Shown piece after piece: positions 18,844 to 28,385 of a stretch of 64,000 nucleotides of DNA (its first letter is position 1; each line of letters starts with the position of its first letter). The notes beneath the pieces are model-generated. The model saw only the letters and a list, made by a program, of their open reading frames with translations, ran no database searches and was not told where the DNA came from. This DNA is from a virus. Position numbers and translations under genes: made by a program. Location of the stretch: IMG/VR virus record IMGVR_UViG_3300028197_000782, positions 1-64,000 of that record; one strand, written 5' to 3'.

Positions 18844-19180
18844 AACGTGCATAAAGTGTGGCGAAACAAAGCCTTGCACACTGTTTGTTGCCTATGGAAT
18901 CTCTGCCAGATTGGACAAGGGCTATAAAAACGTATGCAAAAAATGCAGCAACGAAGCTACGAAACTTAGAAAAACATTAGCAGTAGATAATCCTAAACCT
19001 AAAGATAACAAATGTCAAATATGTGGCTCAAATGAAAATAAGCTTGTATTAGATCATTGTCATGACAGTAAGAGATTTAGGGGTTGGATATGCAATTATT
19101 GCAACGTTGCTTTAGGTCAGGTTAAAGATAATATTGACACTCTTAAGAAAGCTATTGAGTATTTAGAAAATGCAATATAA
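18821..19180 (+). CDS. Endonuclease VII-like His-Me (HNH) endonuclease, free-standing
   Basis: N-terminal CIKC...CKKC; CQICG...LVLDHCH...RGWICNYCNVALG. Confidence 0.88.
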   Translation: METSTLSKTCIKCGETKPCTLFVAYGISARLDKGYKNVCKKCSNEATKLRKTLAVDNPKPKDNKCQICGSNENKLVLDHCHDSKRFRGWICNYCNVALGQVKDNIDTLKKAIEYLENAI

Positions 19181-20729
19181 CGACGAGAAAACTTGGAAGC
19201 TATTTGCAGAAGGTAAAACTAAGGGCGTTTTTCAACTAGAGAGTAACCTTGGTAAATCTTGGTCTAAGAAACTTGCCCCAAGTAATATAGAAGAACTTTC
19301 TGCTTTGATTGCTATTATTCGCCCCGGATGTCTAAAGGCATTCGTAGATGGCAAATCAATGACGCAGCACTTCATCGACCGTAAGCATGGTCGTGAAGAG
19401 GTTACGTACCTGCATGAGTCTTTAGAAGAGATTTTATTACCTACGTATGGCGTATTGGTATACCAAGAACAATCTATGCGTATTGCACAGAAGATTGCTG
19501 GGTTTAACCTTGAAGAAGCAGATGGACTACGCAAGGCTATTGGTAAAAAGAAAGCTGACTTAATGGCAAAAGTAAAAACAATGTTTATTAAGGGAGCCAA
19601 AAAAGTGGGGATGGTCAATAAAGAAGAAGCAGAAGAAATCTTTAGCTGGATTGAAGCATCTTCAAGATACGCATTTAACAAATCTCATAGTATATCATAT
19701 GCAGTATGTTCATACTGGAGTGCTTTTGAAAAAGCTCATAAAACAGAATCTTTTTTCTTAGCCTATCTATATTATGCTAACGAAAAACAAGATCCGCATC
19801 GAGAAGTATATGAATTAATTTCAGAAGCAAAGTTATTTGACATACAAACAAGAACTCCTAGTTTAGCTAATTTTCAATCTAAGTTTAATGTTAAAAGACA
19901 TAAAATATATTTTGGTATTAAAGATATAAAATCACTAACAGGCAAGACGGGTGATAAAGTCGTAGAAGCAATAAAACTAGCCGAAGAAGAACTAAAGAAA
20001 AAGATTACTAAGTTTACTTGGGTGGAAATAATACTGCACTTTAGCACAAAGATCAACTCTACAGGATTTAAAGCTTTAGCATCTATAGGATTCTTCAGAG
20101 ACTTTGATGGGTCTGTTACTAGAAACAAAGCTTTATATGATTATGAAATCTTTAGAACACTTACTAAAGCAGAACAAACTTGGTTAATCAAAAACTTCCC
20201 CAGTAAGAAATGGGAAAATTTTACAGAAGCACTTAGAGACCTGTCTCCAACTAAAAAGAACGGAGGCGGCACTAGCAAGGTAGAGCGTCAGCAAATTGTG
20301 GAGAACGAAATACAGCTATTACTAAATCCACCCTATGACTTAACCGATGATCCTAATTGGGTTATAGACCAAGAAACTAAATTTTTAGGATGTCCAATAA
20401 CCATGACAAGAGTAGAAGCATCTAATACATCGTATGCCAATACTAGCTGTAAGGATATAGTCAATGGCAAAAAAGGCAAAAATCTATGCGTAGCAGCTAG
20501 TGTAAATAGAATATCCGAGTACAAGATAAAGAAAGGCAATTCTAAGGGCGAGACGATGGCGTTCCTTACTATAGAGGATGAAAGCGCAATATTAGATAGT
20601 GTTGTATTATTCCCTACAGTAAAAAACAAATACAAGTATATATTGTATGAAGGTAATAATTTAGTGTTTTGTGGATCAGTGGGCAAAAAAGACGATTCTT
20701 TGATTGTAGAAAAAATTCATGAAATTTAG
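19170..20729 (+). CDS. dnaE: DNA polymerase III alpha, C-terminal half (fingers, HhH, OB fold)
   Basis: GVFQLES, IAIIRPG, TYGVLVYQEQ, ADGLRKAIGKK, YAFNKSH, MAFLTIED. Confidence 0.93.
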   Translation: MQYNDEKTWKLFAEGKTKGVFQLESNLGKSWSKKLAPSNIEELSALIAIIRPGCLKAFVDGKSMTQHFIDRKHGREEVTYLHESLEEILLPTYGVLVYQEQSMRIAQKIAGFNLEEADGLRKAIGKKKADLMAKVKTMFIKGAKKVGMVNKEEAEEIFSWIEASSRYAFNKSHSISYAVCSYWSAFEKAHKTESFFLAYLYYANEKQDPHREVYELISEAKLFDIQTRTPSLANFQSKFNVKRHKIYFGIKDIKSLTGKTGDKVVEAIKLAEEELKKKITKFTWVEIILHFSTKINSTGFKALASIGFFRDFDGSVTRNKALYDYEIFRTLTKAEQTWLIKNFPSKKWENFTEALRDLSPTKKNGGGTSKVERQQIVENEIQLLLNPPYDLTDDPNWVIDQETKFLGCPITMTRVEASNTSYANTSCKDIVNGKKGKNLCVAASVNRISEYKIKKGNSKGETMAFLTIEDESAILDSVVLFPTVKNKYKYILYEGNNLVFCGSVGKKDDSLIVEKIHEI

Positions 20730-20730
20730 G

Positions 20731-20759
20731 TTGCTTTTTTGGGCAGTCGCAGCTAATAT
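20731..20759 (+). promoter_or_regulatory. Possible sigma70-type promoter upstream of ssb
   Basis: TTGCTT, 17-nt spacer, TAATAT, followed by an AGGAG RBS. Confidence 0.4.
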
Positions 20760-20779
20760 ACTAAGATAGGAGACGATTG

Positions 20780-21097
20780 ATGAACAACTGTTGTTTTACA
20801 GGTTATTTTGTAGAAAATCCATACACTGAATATGCAGGCAATATACTCAAGGCTGAGTTTGTTATTGTCGTGTATTCTTATAGAAAAACTAAATCTACAG
20901 GCGAAAAAAGCCGAATACCTACTTATATACAGTGTGAAGCTTGGCATACTGGTGCTGAGACCATAGAAAGATTCGCAACTAGAGGCACAAAAATAACTAT
21001 CAACGCCTCCGCTAGAAATATGTCTAAAGACGATGACGCTGTAATTTTTAGAGTTAATGAGTTTGACATTTGTTCTCAAGATGACAATGGAGCATAG
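20780..21097 (+). CDS. ssb: Single-stranded DNA-binding protein (short OB fold)
   Basis: NNCCFTG...P, YIQCEAW..GAE.I.RF..RG..I.I pattern; short acidic tail. Confidence 0.7.
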   Translation: MNNCCFTGYFVENPYTEYAGNILKAEFVIVVYSYRKTKSTGEKSRIPTYIQCEAWHTGAETIERFATRGTKITINASARNMSKDDDAVIFRVNEFDICSQDDNGA

Positions 21098-21100
21098 TTA

Positions 21101-22783
21101 ATGAGAAAGAAAAGAATATTATTTTGCAGTGAAGCTACGTTTTTGAACACTGGTTACGCTACATATACCAGAGAAATAATGAAATATTTACATTCTACTG
21201 GTAAGTATCACTTAGCAGAATTAGCAGCATACGCCTCGCCAGAAGATCAACGTCATCATGGTATACCTTGGGAATTTTATGCAGCAGCCATATCTCAACG
21301 AGACAGTGAACAAGTTAAACAAGCATATTACTCCCATCCAGAAAATCAATTTGGCGCATTTAAATTTCATGACGTATGTTTAGATTTTAAGCCAGATATT
21401 GTATGTGACATTCGTGACTTTTGGATGCTGGAATTTGAAAGCAGATCTCCGTACAGAGATTTCTTTAATTGGTGCATTATGCCAACTGTTGACGCTTCTC
21501 CACAGGCTCAGAACTGGTTGTCAACTTTTCAGTCAGCAGATGCTTGTCTTACCTATTCTGATTGGGCTGGAAAGATTTTACAAAAAGAAACAGGAAATAA
21601 AATCAATTGGATTGGTTCTGCGCCTCCTTCTGCTCATCCTGCCTACTCTGTAGCCTTAAAACAGTCTGAGTCAAGGGAAATAATGAATCTACCTACTAAT
21701 AATGCAAAAATAGTAGGAACAGTAATGAGGAATCAAAGAAGAAAATTATACCCAGATTTATTTAAAGCTTTTAAACTACTACTTGATAAAGTAGATGATC
21801 CAGAAAATTATTTTCTGTATTGTCACACAAGTTATCCAGATATGGGCTGGGATATACCAGAGCTTTTAAACGAACACAACTTAGCTAATAAAGTGTATTT
21901 TACATATTTATGCCAAGAATCAAAAAAACCATTTGCTAATAAGTTTTCTGGGACTCGCGCTTATTCTCCGTACTCAAAGAAAAATAGTGGAGCTTTCCCG
22001 AGTGTTCAGTTTGGATTGTCGTATGAGCAATTGGCAACAGTAATGAACTGTTTCGATTTATATATACAGTATGCAAATTCAGAAGGGTTTGGACTTCCAC
22101 AAGTAGAAGCTGCTGCTGTGGGAGTTCCCGTCGCTTCTGTGAACTATTCGGCTATGGAAACAGTTATTGAAAAACTAGAAGGTATTAAACTAGATCCGGT
22201 TGGATATTACAAAGAACTAGAAACTGGGTGCGAGAGAGCCGTTCCTAATAACGAATTGACTGCCAATCTGATGCTGGATTTTCTAAAAAAACCATCATTT
22301 GAAAGACAAAAAATAGGATTTAATACCAAGCAAAAGTTTTTAGAATTTTTTCAATGGGACTTAAGCGGTTCTATGTGGGAAAAGTATTTTGACACCGTTG
22401 ATATAGTAGATGAAAAATCAACTTGGCTATCAGAGCCAGATATCAAACCCATACCACCCGCTCCAAAATCGGAACAAATATATTTACACTTAAAGAATAA
22501 TGAATTTTCAATAGCAGAATGGTTAATACAAAATGTTTTACAAAAACCAAAACTTATAAATTCAGAATTACACTATAGATTATCTAGAGATTTAAAGTAT
22601 GGATTAGTTACTGCTAGTTCAAATTCTGGCGGTTACTATATGAATGATTCTTCTATGTATGAAGCTGGCGGTCACAAAAAAACAGAATTTAAATTTGAAA
22701 ATGCATTTAACTTTCTTGCACAGCAGAGAAATTTTATCAACTCAATGGAAAACAAGAGAGCGGAGGCTTTTAATCTAAAATGA
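21101..22783 (+). CDS. Glycosyltransferase family 4 (GT-B)
   Basis: TGYATY, RNQRRK, NSEGFGLPQVEAAAVGVPV (EX7E). Confidence 0.88.
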   Translation: MRKKRILFCSEATFLNTGYATYTREIMKYLHSTGKYHLAELAAYASPEDQRHHGIPWEFYAAAISQRDSEQVKQAYYSHPENQFGAFKFHDVCLDFKPDIVCDIRDFWMLEFESRSPYRDFFNWCIMPTVDASPQAQNWLSTFQSADACLTYSDWAGKILQKETGNKINWIGSAPPSAHPAYSVALKQSESREIMNLPTNNAKIVGTVMRNQRRKLYPDLFKAFKLLLDKVDDPENYFLYCHTSYPDMGWDIPELLNEHNLANKVYFTYLCQESKKPFANKFSGTRAYSPYSKKNSGAFPSVQFGLSYEQLATVMNCFDLYIQYANSEGFGLPQVEAAAVGVPVASVNYSAMETVIEKLEGIKLDPVGYYKELETGCERAVPNNELTANLMLDFLKKPSFERQKIGFNTKQKFLEFFQWDLSGSMWEKYFDTVDIVDEKSTWLSEPDIKPIPPAPKSEQIYLHLKNNEFSIAEWLIQNVLQKPKLINSELHYRLSRDLKYGLVTASSNSGGYYMNDSSMYEAGGHKKTEFKFENAFNFLAQQRNFINSMENKRAEAFNLK

Positions 22784-23880
22784 AAGTTTTATATTTAGGA
22801 CATCATCGAGAAAAAACAGGATGGTCAAACGCTGCCATTAATAATATTCTAGCTCTAGACTCAGTAGGAGTAGATGTAGTTTCTAGGAATGTATCACTGA
22901 CAGGACTTATGGGTGAAGTTCCAGATAGAATTTTAGAACTAGAAAACAAAGACACGCAGGGTGTAACTCATTGCATTCAACACGTATTGCCTCATCATTT
23001 AACTGCAACTGCTATCCTACAAAAAAATGTTGCATATTTTGTATCAGAATCTATTGATTTACAAAAAAATATCTGGCACGAACAATTAAGGACAATGGAT
23101 GAAATATGGGTTTGCAACACAACTCAGGTAGACAATATGTCTAAATTCAGCGACAAAGTAAAATTATTACCTCATGCTTTTGATTTCAACTCATACAAGA
23201 AAAGTGACATAAGTAAAAACAACAGGTTTACATTTTATAATATATCAGATATAAATCAAAGAAAGAATATAGAAAGCATTGTTAGATGTTACTATCATAC
23301 GTTTGGAATATCAGACCATGTTCAGCTTCTGCTAAAGGTTAAAAAAAGGGGGGTTGAGCCATATCAATTACAACAAGGTGTGGAAAATATATGTACAGAA
23401 ATAAAAAAACAAATGAGAAAATATAAGAACGAGGATAACTATCCTTTAATAAGCATTGTAGCATCAGAATATACCAATAAAGATATTGAAAATCTACACA
23501 GATCTTCCCATTGTTATGTTGGCATATCGAGGGGAGAGGGGTGGTCTATCCCAGCGTATGAAGCCATGATTTATGGGAACACTCCTATTTGCTCAAATGA
23601 AGGTGGACCAAAAGACTTTATAGACAAGGATAATAAAAACACAGGGACGCTAATTAATGGAGTCTACGACATATGCAACCAACAAGATGGGGCATTTGAA
23701 CATATATTTACAGGAAGAGACTTGTGGTTTCACGCTAGTGAGCAAGAAACTTGCAAAGCCATGAAGTATTATTACAACAATAGAAACTCACAACAATGCG
23801 AAGCAGATGGAAGGAAACAAGCTGAAAAGTTTGATTATTCAATTGTTGGCAAACAAATTAAGGAATTACTCAATGGCTAG
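22780..23880 (+). CDS. Glycosyltransferase family 4 (GT-B)
   Basis: TGWSNAA, QRKNIE, SRGEGWSIPAYEAMIYG. Confidence 0.88.
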   Translation: MKVLYLGHHREKTGWSNAAINNILALDSVGVDVVSRNVSLTGLMGEVPDRILELENKDTQGVTHCIQHVLPHHLTATAILQKNVAYFVSESIDLQKNIWHEQLRTMDEIWVCNTTQVDNMSKFSDKVKLLPHAFDFNSYKKSDISKNNRFTFYNISDINQRKNIESIVRCYYHTFGISDHVQLLLKVKKRGVEPYQLQQGVENICTEIKKQMRKYKNEDNYPLISIVASEYTNKDIENLHRSSHCYVGISRGEGWSIPAYEAMIYGNTPICSNEGGPKDFIDKDNKNTGTLINGVYDICNQQDGAFEHIFTGRDLWFHASEQETCKAMKYYYNNRNSQQCEADGRKQAEKFDYSIVGKQIKELLNG

Positions 23881-24430
23881 CACTAGAAATATTTTTCAAT
23901 CTATACAAAACAAAAACAGGAAGTTAAAAATTTGCTTGTTACATTTTGATCAACAGTACGAAACGGCATTGTCAAAAACAAATCAAGAATTCTACATTCT
24001 TGAAAATGAACAAAATATGTGGAATAAAGAAATTAATAATATGCCAGAAAACTTTTATACATTCAGAAATGGTAGTTTATTAGAGGTACTGTCTTTCGAT
24101 TTAATCATAACCGGAGGTAGATTTACTAATAATCCCAACATCGCAAATCAAATTAGATCTAGGTTGATGATTCCTTGTTATTTTTACGAAAATCAATACC
24201 CTTGGAATTTTGATAATAAACTCAAACGTTTAGAGGATATACCAAAAAGATACATAAATACGCTAAGGCAAACATCTGGAAGTCTTAACATTTTTGCATC
24301 AAAAGAAATTTTAGAATGTTGGGATGAAATAACTAATAATAATATCGTAATACCATCAAGTCAAGAAAACGAAGATGAATTTTTAAGCGGGTGGAACGAA
24401 GTTTTTAACAACCATAAGGAATTGCAATGA
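23873..24430 (+). CDS. Hypothetical protein, possibly a truncated GT-B-like domain
   Basis: AGGA RBS before the ATG at 23873; FDLII motif; located in the glycosylation cluster. Confidence 0.55.
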   Translation: MASTRNIFQSIQNKNRKLKICLLHFDQQYETALSKTNQEFYILENEQNMWNKEINNMPENFYTFRNGSLLEVLSFDLIITGGRFTNNPNIANQIRSRLMIPCYFYENQYPWNFDNKLKRLEDIPKRYINTLRQTSGSLNIFASKEILECWDEITNNNIVIPSSQENEDEFLSGWNEVFNNHKELQ

Positions 24431-24855
24431 AACTAAATATCATTTTCACAGAAGAAAACCATATAGACAATTATCAAAATGTTTTATTAAGTTCTAGAAC
24501 TTACAAAGAAGAAATAGAAAATCTGCCAAGAAAATCATGTGAACATATCATTATTACAGATGCTATTAATAGAATAGAATACGACGAAGCTTTAGAAATT
24601 ATTACAAAATGTGCAGATTCTCTGAGAGAAGATGGGCAAATAACAATTAGTATAGTTGATTTTGACACACTCTGTTCTGCTTATTGTTCTGGAGATCTAC
24701 CCATAGAAACAACTAATGGACTTATAGTAAACACTAAATGTGTTTTAGAGTATTCTACTATTTTGGGACTTTTGGGTAAAAACGGAATAAAAATTATATC
24801 ATCGAAAACAGATAGCTTACTATATCTAATAGATGGGGCTAAAGATGCCATCTAG
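24427..24855 (+). CDS. Degenerate SAM-methyltransferase-like protein
   Basis: SCEHII...CADSLREDGQITISIVD resembles the class I MTase LKPGG strand. Confidence 0.45.
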   Translation: MKLNIIFTEENHIDNYQNVLLSSRTYKEEIENLPRKSCEHIIITDAINRIEYDEALEIITKCADSLREDGQITISIVDFDTLCSAYCSGDLPIETTNGLIVNTKCVLEYSTILGLLGKNGIKIISSKTDSLLYLIDGAKDAI

Positions 24856-25582
24856 TAATAACAAAAGAACTGTATCCATAAAAAGGAGAAAGTCTAGAAA
24901 GTATCAAGAGTTTGTTACTTTTGTTTTACTACATGATCAACCAGCGTTTAAATTAAAAAACAAAACATCTCCAGTACTAATAAGCATAAATAAACTTACG
25001 CTATTAGAATACCAGCTAAGGGTAATAAATAAAAAATTTCAGAATTACGAAGTAATAGTTTGCACAGGATTTCTTTCAGAACAAGTGAACATGTACTTGA
25101 AGAAAAAATATAGTAAATACAACGTAAGAATAATAGAAAACTCAAACTTTACAGAGTCAAACTCATGTGAAAGCACAAGGCTTTGCCTACAAAATACAAC
25201 TAACGAAAGAATACTTATAATAGATGGTAAGATATTATTTGATGAAAAAATATTTAACAACTTAAACTTAGACCAAGCATTTGCAATTTCCTGCAAAGAC
25301 AAAAATGAGACACTAGAAATAGGAATAAACACAGACAGAGACAGAAATGTTTCTTATTTTTCTTACGGTGCTAGGTACACTTGGTCAGAAATATTATTTA
25401 TATGCGGCAAAAAAATGATATCAGATTTAGAGAAAACACTAAATGAAAAAAGTTTTAGAAAAAAATTCTTATTTGAAGCAGTTAATATAGTAACTGAAAA
25501 ACACAATATTAGGCAAGCGGTCAGATCTGCCAAAATAATAAAAATACAAAACATAAAAACTTTGGAAAGCATCAAGGAATAG
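24845..25582 (+). CDS. Sugar/choline-phosphate nucleotidyltransferase-like protein (LicC-like, degenerate)
   Basis: TLLEYQL, IVCTGF, IENSNF..SNSCES, ILIIDG; the canonical LAAG motif is missing. Confidence 0.65.
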   Translation: MPSSNNKRTVSIKRRKSRKYQEFVTFVLLHDQPAFKLKNKTSPVLISINKLTLLEYQLRVINKKFQNYEVIVCTGFLSEQVNMYLKKKYSKYNVRIIENSNFTESNSCESTRLCLQNTTNERILIIDGKILFDEKIFNNLNLDQAFAISCKDKNETLEIGINTDRDRNVSYFSYGARYTWSEILFICGKKMISDLEKTLNEKSFRKKFLFEAVNIVTEKHNIRQAVRSAKIIKIQNIKTLESIKE

Positions 25583-25584
25583 AT

Positions 25585-26475
25585 ATGAATATATTAGTAG
25601 ATAACACAAGCCCTCTTTTTACCTATGACGACACCAGCGAACTATTAGCAAAAACGCTATCTAAGATGGGTCACAATGTAATAGTTAATAATGGTGAAAT
25701 GTGTTCTTACGAAAAGATGAACAAGCCCCAAGACTATATTTTTACAAGTATGTCCGTATTCGATAACGACATGGCCCACTATTTGACTAATAATATAACA
25801 AATACTCTTATCATTATTAACGTAGAGGCACAGTCTAAGGTCTCGGATATTGTAGAAATGGAAAACTTTTTCACGAGGAACAAGGTCAAGTACAAGTTTT
25901 TAGTAAATAATAATAGGCCGAAGAAAGTAGTTTTTAAAAAAGAGAATAATATAGTTAATTTTATCTATGGGGCAAGCGGATATTTGCTCAGTGAAAATAC
26001 AAAAGATTGGAAGGGGAGGCATATTGAAGCACTTGTGGTTGCTAACGATCAATCTTTAGACATAAAAATTTTACATGATATGCGAAAGGATACATCAGTA
26101 CATGCGATTAGAACTTCTCCTATTAATAGTGACTGTTCGCATCAGTATGTTCATGTAAACATGGATAAGACTTTATATTATTATAAAGATATACTCCCTA
26201 ATTATAATAGTTTCGTATATTACGCACCTTGGCTTGGAAGAGATTTCTTTGAACTTTGCAAGCTCAGAAAGCCGATATATACTGCATCATGTCCTGCTTC
26301 CATTGTTAGTAAAGCATTGAAAATAGAAGGTCTGGATATAACTTGGGAAAATAGAAAAGAAAACAAAGACATAGATTGGAACACAATATATGACAAGGTA
26401 GATAAAGAATTTTCTTTTGAGGGACAAATTAAAAAACTCATGAGCCACTTGCCAAAACCAAAGGGATTACAATGA
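25585..26475 (+). CDS. Hypothetical protein in the glycosylation cluster
   Basis: 296-aa ORF with AAGGA RBS. Confidence 0.65.
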   Translation: MNILVDNTSPLFTYDDTSELLAKTLSKMGHNVIVNNGEMCSYEKMNKPQDYIFTSMSVFDNDMAHYLTNNITNTLIIINVEAQSKVSDIVEMENFFTRNKVKYKFLVNNNRPKKVVFKKENNIVNFIYGASGYLLSENTKDWKGRHIEALVVANDQSLDIKILHDMRKDTSVHAIRTSPINSDCSHQYVHVNMDKTLYYYKDILPNYNSFVYYAPWLGRDFFELCKLRKPIYTASCPASIVSKALKIEGLDITWENRKENKDIDWNTIYDKVDKEFSFEGQIKKLMSHLPKPKGLQ

Positions 26476-27221
26476 ATGTAAACAACATCTCGCTTCATTG
26501 TCATCTCTGGTATTTGGAAGAATCTAAATTCCTACTTGATAAGTTGTCCACGGTGTTTAAAGATGTAATTAATATATCTTTCAACAAAGGTGGAGAACAT
26601 AACGAAGTGATAAAAGCATATGCTGAAGACAAATTCAAAACAGTTAATACCACATTCGTTGAGAACATGGGCAATGATCAAATTGGATTCTACGAGTCTC
26701 ACTCTATGCACGAAGATGAGAGCAAGGAATGGGTTTTATATGCACACGACAAACAACTTAAGGACAGGAATTGGGTCTCTGATTTAATAGACCCATTACT
26801 TACGGAAGAGTCCATAAGCCTGACAGGTGAAGAGAATGATGTTGGTATGATTATTTCTAAAAAAAGAGAACTCGGATTGGTAACAGAGCAAGATTTAATA
26901 CTGGGGAAAAATACCAACCCTACGCCCTTTGAGGACAAGAAGTCCGTTGCCTACTCTTTACATACTTTGGGGTGGTTAAGAATATTGCAGTACAATTTAT
27001 ATGAAAATTATGGGTTTATAAGTAAAGAAAATCTAGACGTTGCCTTTGCTGCTGGTACAATGTTTATGACAAGGAGGCAAGTGATTAACATAGCACACGG
27101 ATGCCTGCATATGAATTATTTTGATAAAGGCTATATGCCAGATGGACAAGTAGAACATGCTATGGAAAGATTTTACGCATACGTTAGTAAATGTTTAGAG
27201 TACGAAACTAGGAGTATATAA
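26472..27221 (+). CDS. RgpF (rhamnan synthesis F)-like protein
   Basis: HCHLWY, VENMGND, YAHDK, FAAGTMF, DGQVEHAMER. Confidence 0.75.
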   Translation: MNVNNISLHCHLWYLEESKFLLDKLSTVFKDVINISFNKGGEHNEVIKAYAEDKFKTVNTTFVENMGNDQIGFYESHSMHEDESKEWVLYAHDKQLKDRNWVSDLIDPLLTEESISLTGEENDVGMIISKKRELGLVTEQDLILGKNTNPTPFEDKKSVAYSLHTLGWLRILQYNLYENYGFISKENLDVAFAAGTMFMTRRQVINIAHGCLHMNYFDKGYMPDGQVEHAMERFYAYVSKCLEYETRSI

Positions 27222-27628
27222 TGAATATTGGTTTTTTAGTATCAGTTCCAAGTGGGGATATTCCATTGAAAATAACCCAATTTATTTTAGATAAGCTTTC
27301 CAAAGAAAAAAATAAAAACGTCATACTTTTTGCGGATAGTTTTTTTGTTGCTAGTACTGATTTACCCGTAATGCCAGTTGGTAATTTAAATTCTTTTACT
27401 GGTGATTTAATATGCACTACTGCAAAAGATGTAATAAAAGCAGTCGAACTTAAAAGAGATATAAATATAAAGTATATATGCACTGGGGACATAAGTAATA
27501 TAGAACAGACTTTTCATCTAGATAATATAGAATATTTAACAGCAACTACAAAAGAAAAATATAGAGCGAATTCTATAACTGGACAAGATAACATACAAAC
27601 AATGGAAGATTGGTTACATGAAAGATAA
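27221..27628 (+). CDS. Hypothetical protein
   Basis: 135-aa ORF with AGGAG RBS. Confidence 0.65.
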   Translation: MNIGFLVSVPSGDIPLKITQFILDKLSKEKNKNVILFADSFFVASTDLPVMPVGNLNSFTGDLICTTAKDVIKAVELKRDINIKYICTGDISNIEQTFHLDNIEYLTATTKEKYRANSITGQDNIQTMEDWLHER

Positions 27629-28385
27629 ACAAATAATTGATATGTACTGCGATCAATGTTTAAGTACTTACCAAATCGCAGAACAGCTGAATACTTATCC
27701 AAATAAGATTAGAAGAATACTAATCAAGAATAATATTACACTTAACGATAAGAGCAAGGCACAGAAGAACGCTCTTAAACAGGGGAAGTCTAAGATACCA
27801 ACACAAGGCAAAAAAAGAAGCCAAGAAGAGAAAATAAAGATTAGCAAGTCTCTTAAAAAACGTTGGGAAAATTTAGACGAAGAAACATATAATGAATATG
27901 TAGATAGAGCCAAGAAAAGATGGAAGTCTATGTCTCAACAAGAAAAAGATAATATAGGAAGGGCAGCAATTCAGGCAATACAAAAAGCTGGAAAGGAAGG
28001 CTCTAAATTAGAGAAATTTCTAAAAGAAGAATTAACTAAATGTGGTCACACTATTGAAATACATAAAAAGAATCTAATACCAAACCAAAATTTGGAAATT
28101 GATATGTACTTTCCCAAGATTAAAGCTATAATAGAAATAGACGGACCTTCTCACTTTCTTCCAATATGGGGCGAAGATAAGCTACAAAAACAGATTAAAT
28201 CAGATTCTCATAAAACAGGGTTGATTTTGAGCAAGGGTTTTGTTATAATTAGAGTGAAACATCTGTCTGACAGCTTATGTCTAAGTGACAGGCATAACTT
28301 AAAAGATAGACTGATTGATATGCTTGGTAAGATTGAAAAACAGATACCTAAAAAGTCTGAACGTTACATTGAACTTGATGCGTGA
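27618..28385 (+). CDS. Putative homing-type endonuclease (HTH/NUMOD3-like N-terminus + Vsr-like EDxHD nuclease)
   Basis: LSTYQIAEQL HTH, GKKRSQEEKIKIS (NUMOD3-like), SKLEK, EIDMYFP...IEIDGPSHF. Confidence 0.75.
   Translation: MKDKQIIDMYCDQCLSTYQIAEQLNTYPNKIRRILIKNNITLNDKSKAQKNALKQGKSKIPTQGKKRSQEEKIKISKSLKKRWENLDEETYNEYVDRAKKRWKSMSQQEKDNIGRAAIQAIQKAGKEGSKLEKFLKEELTKCGHTIEIHKKNLIPNQNLEIDMYFPKIKAIIEIDGPSHFLPIWGEDKLQKQIKSDSHKTGLILSKGFVIIRVKHLSDSLCLSDRHNLKDRLIDMLGKIEKQIPKKSERYIELDA

Noticed and set aside
17500-19200. Split intein or group I intron joining the dnaE halves
   Set aside because: No intein terminal motifs; the interval is fully occupied by three overlapping ORFs, leaving no room for a ribozyme core.
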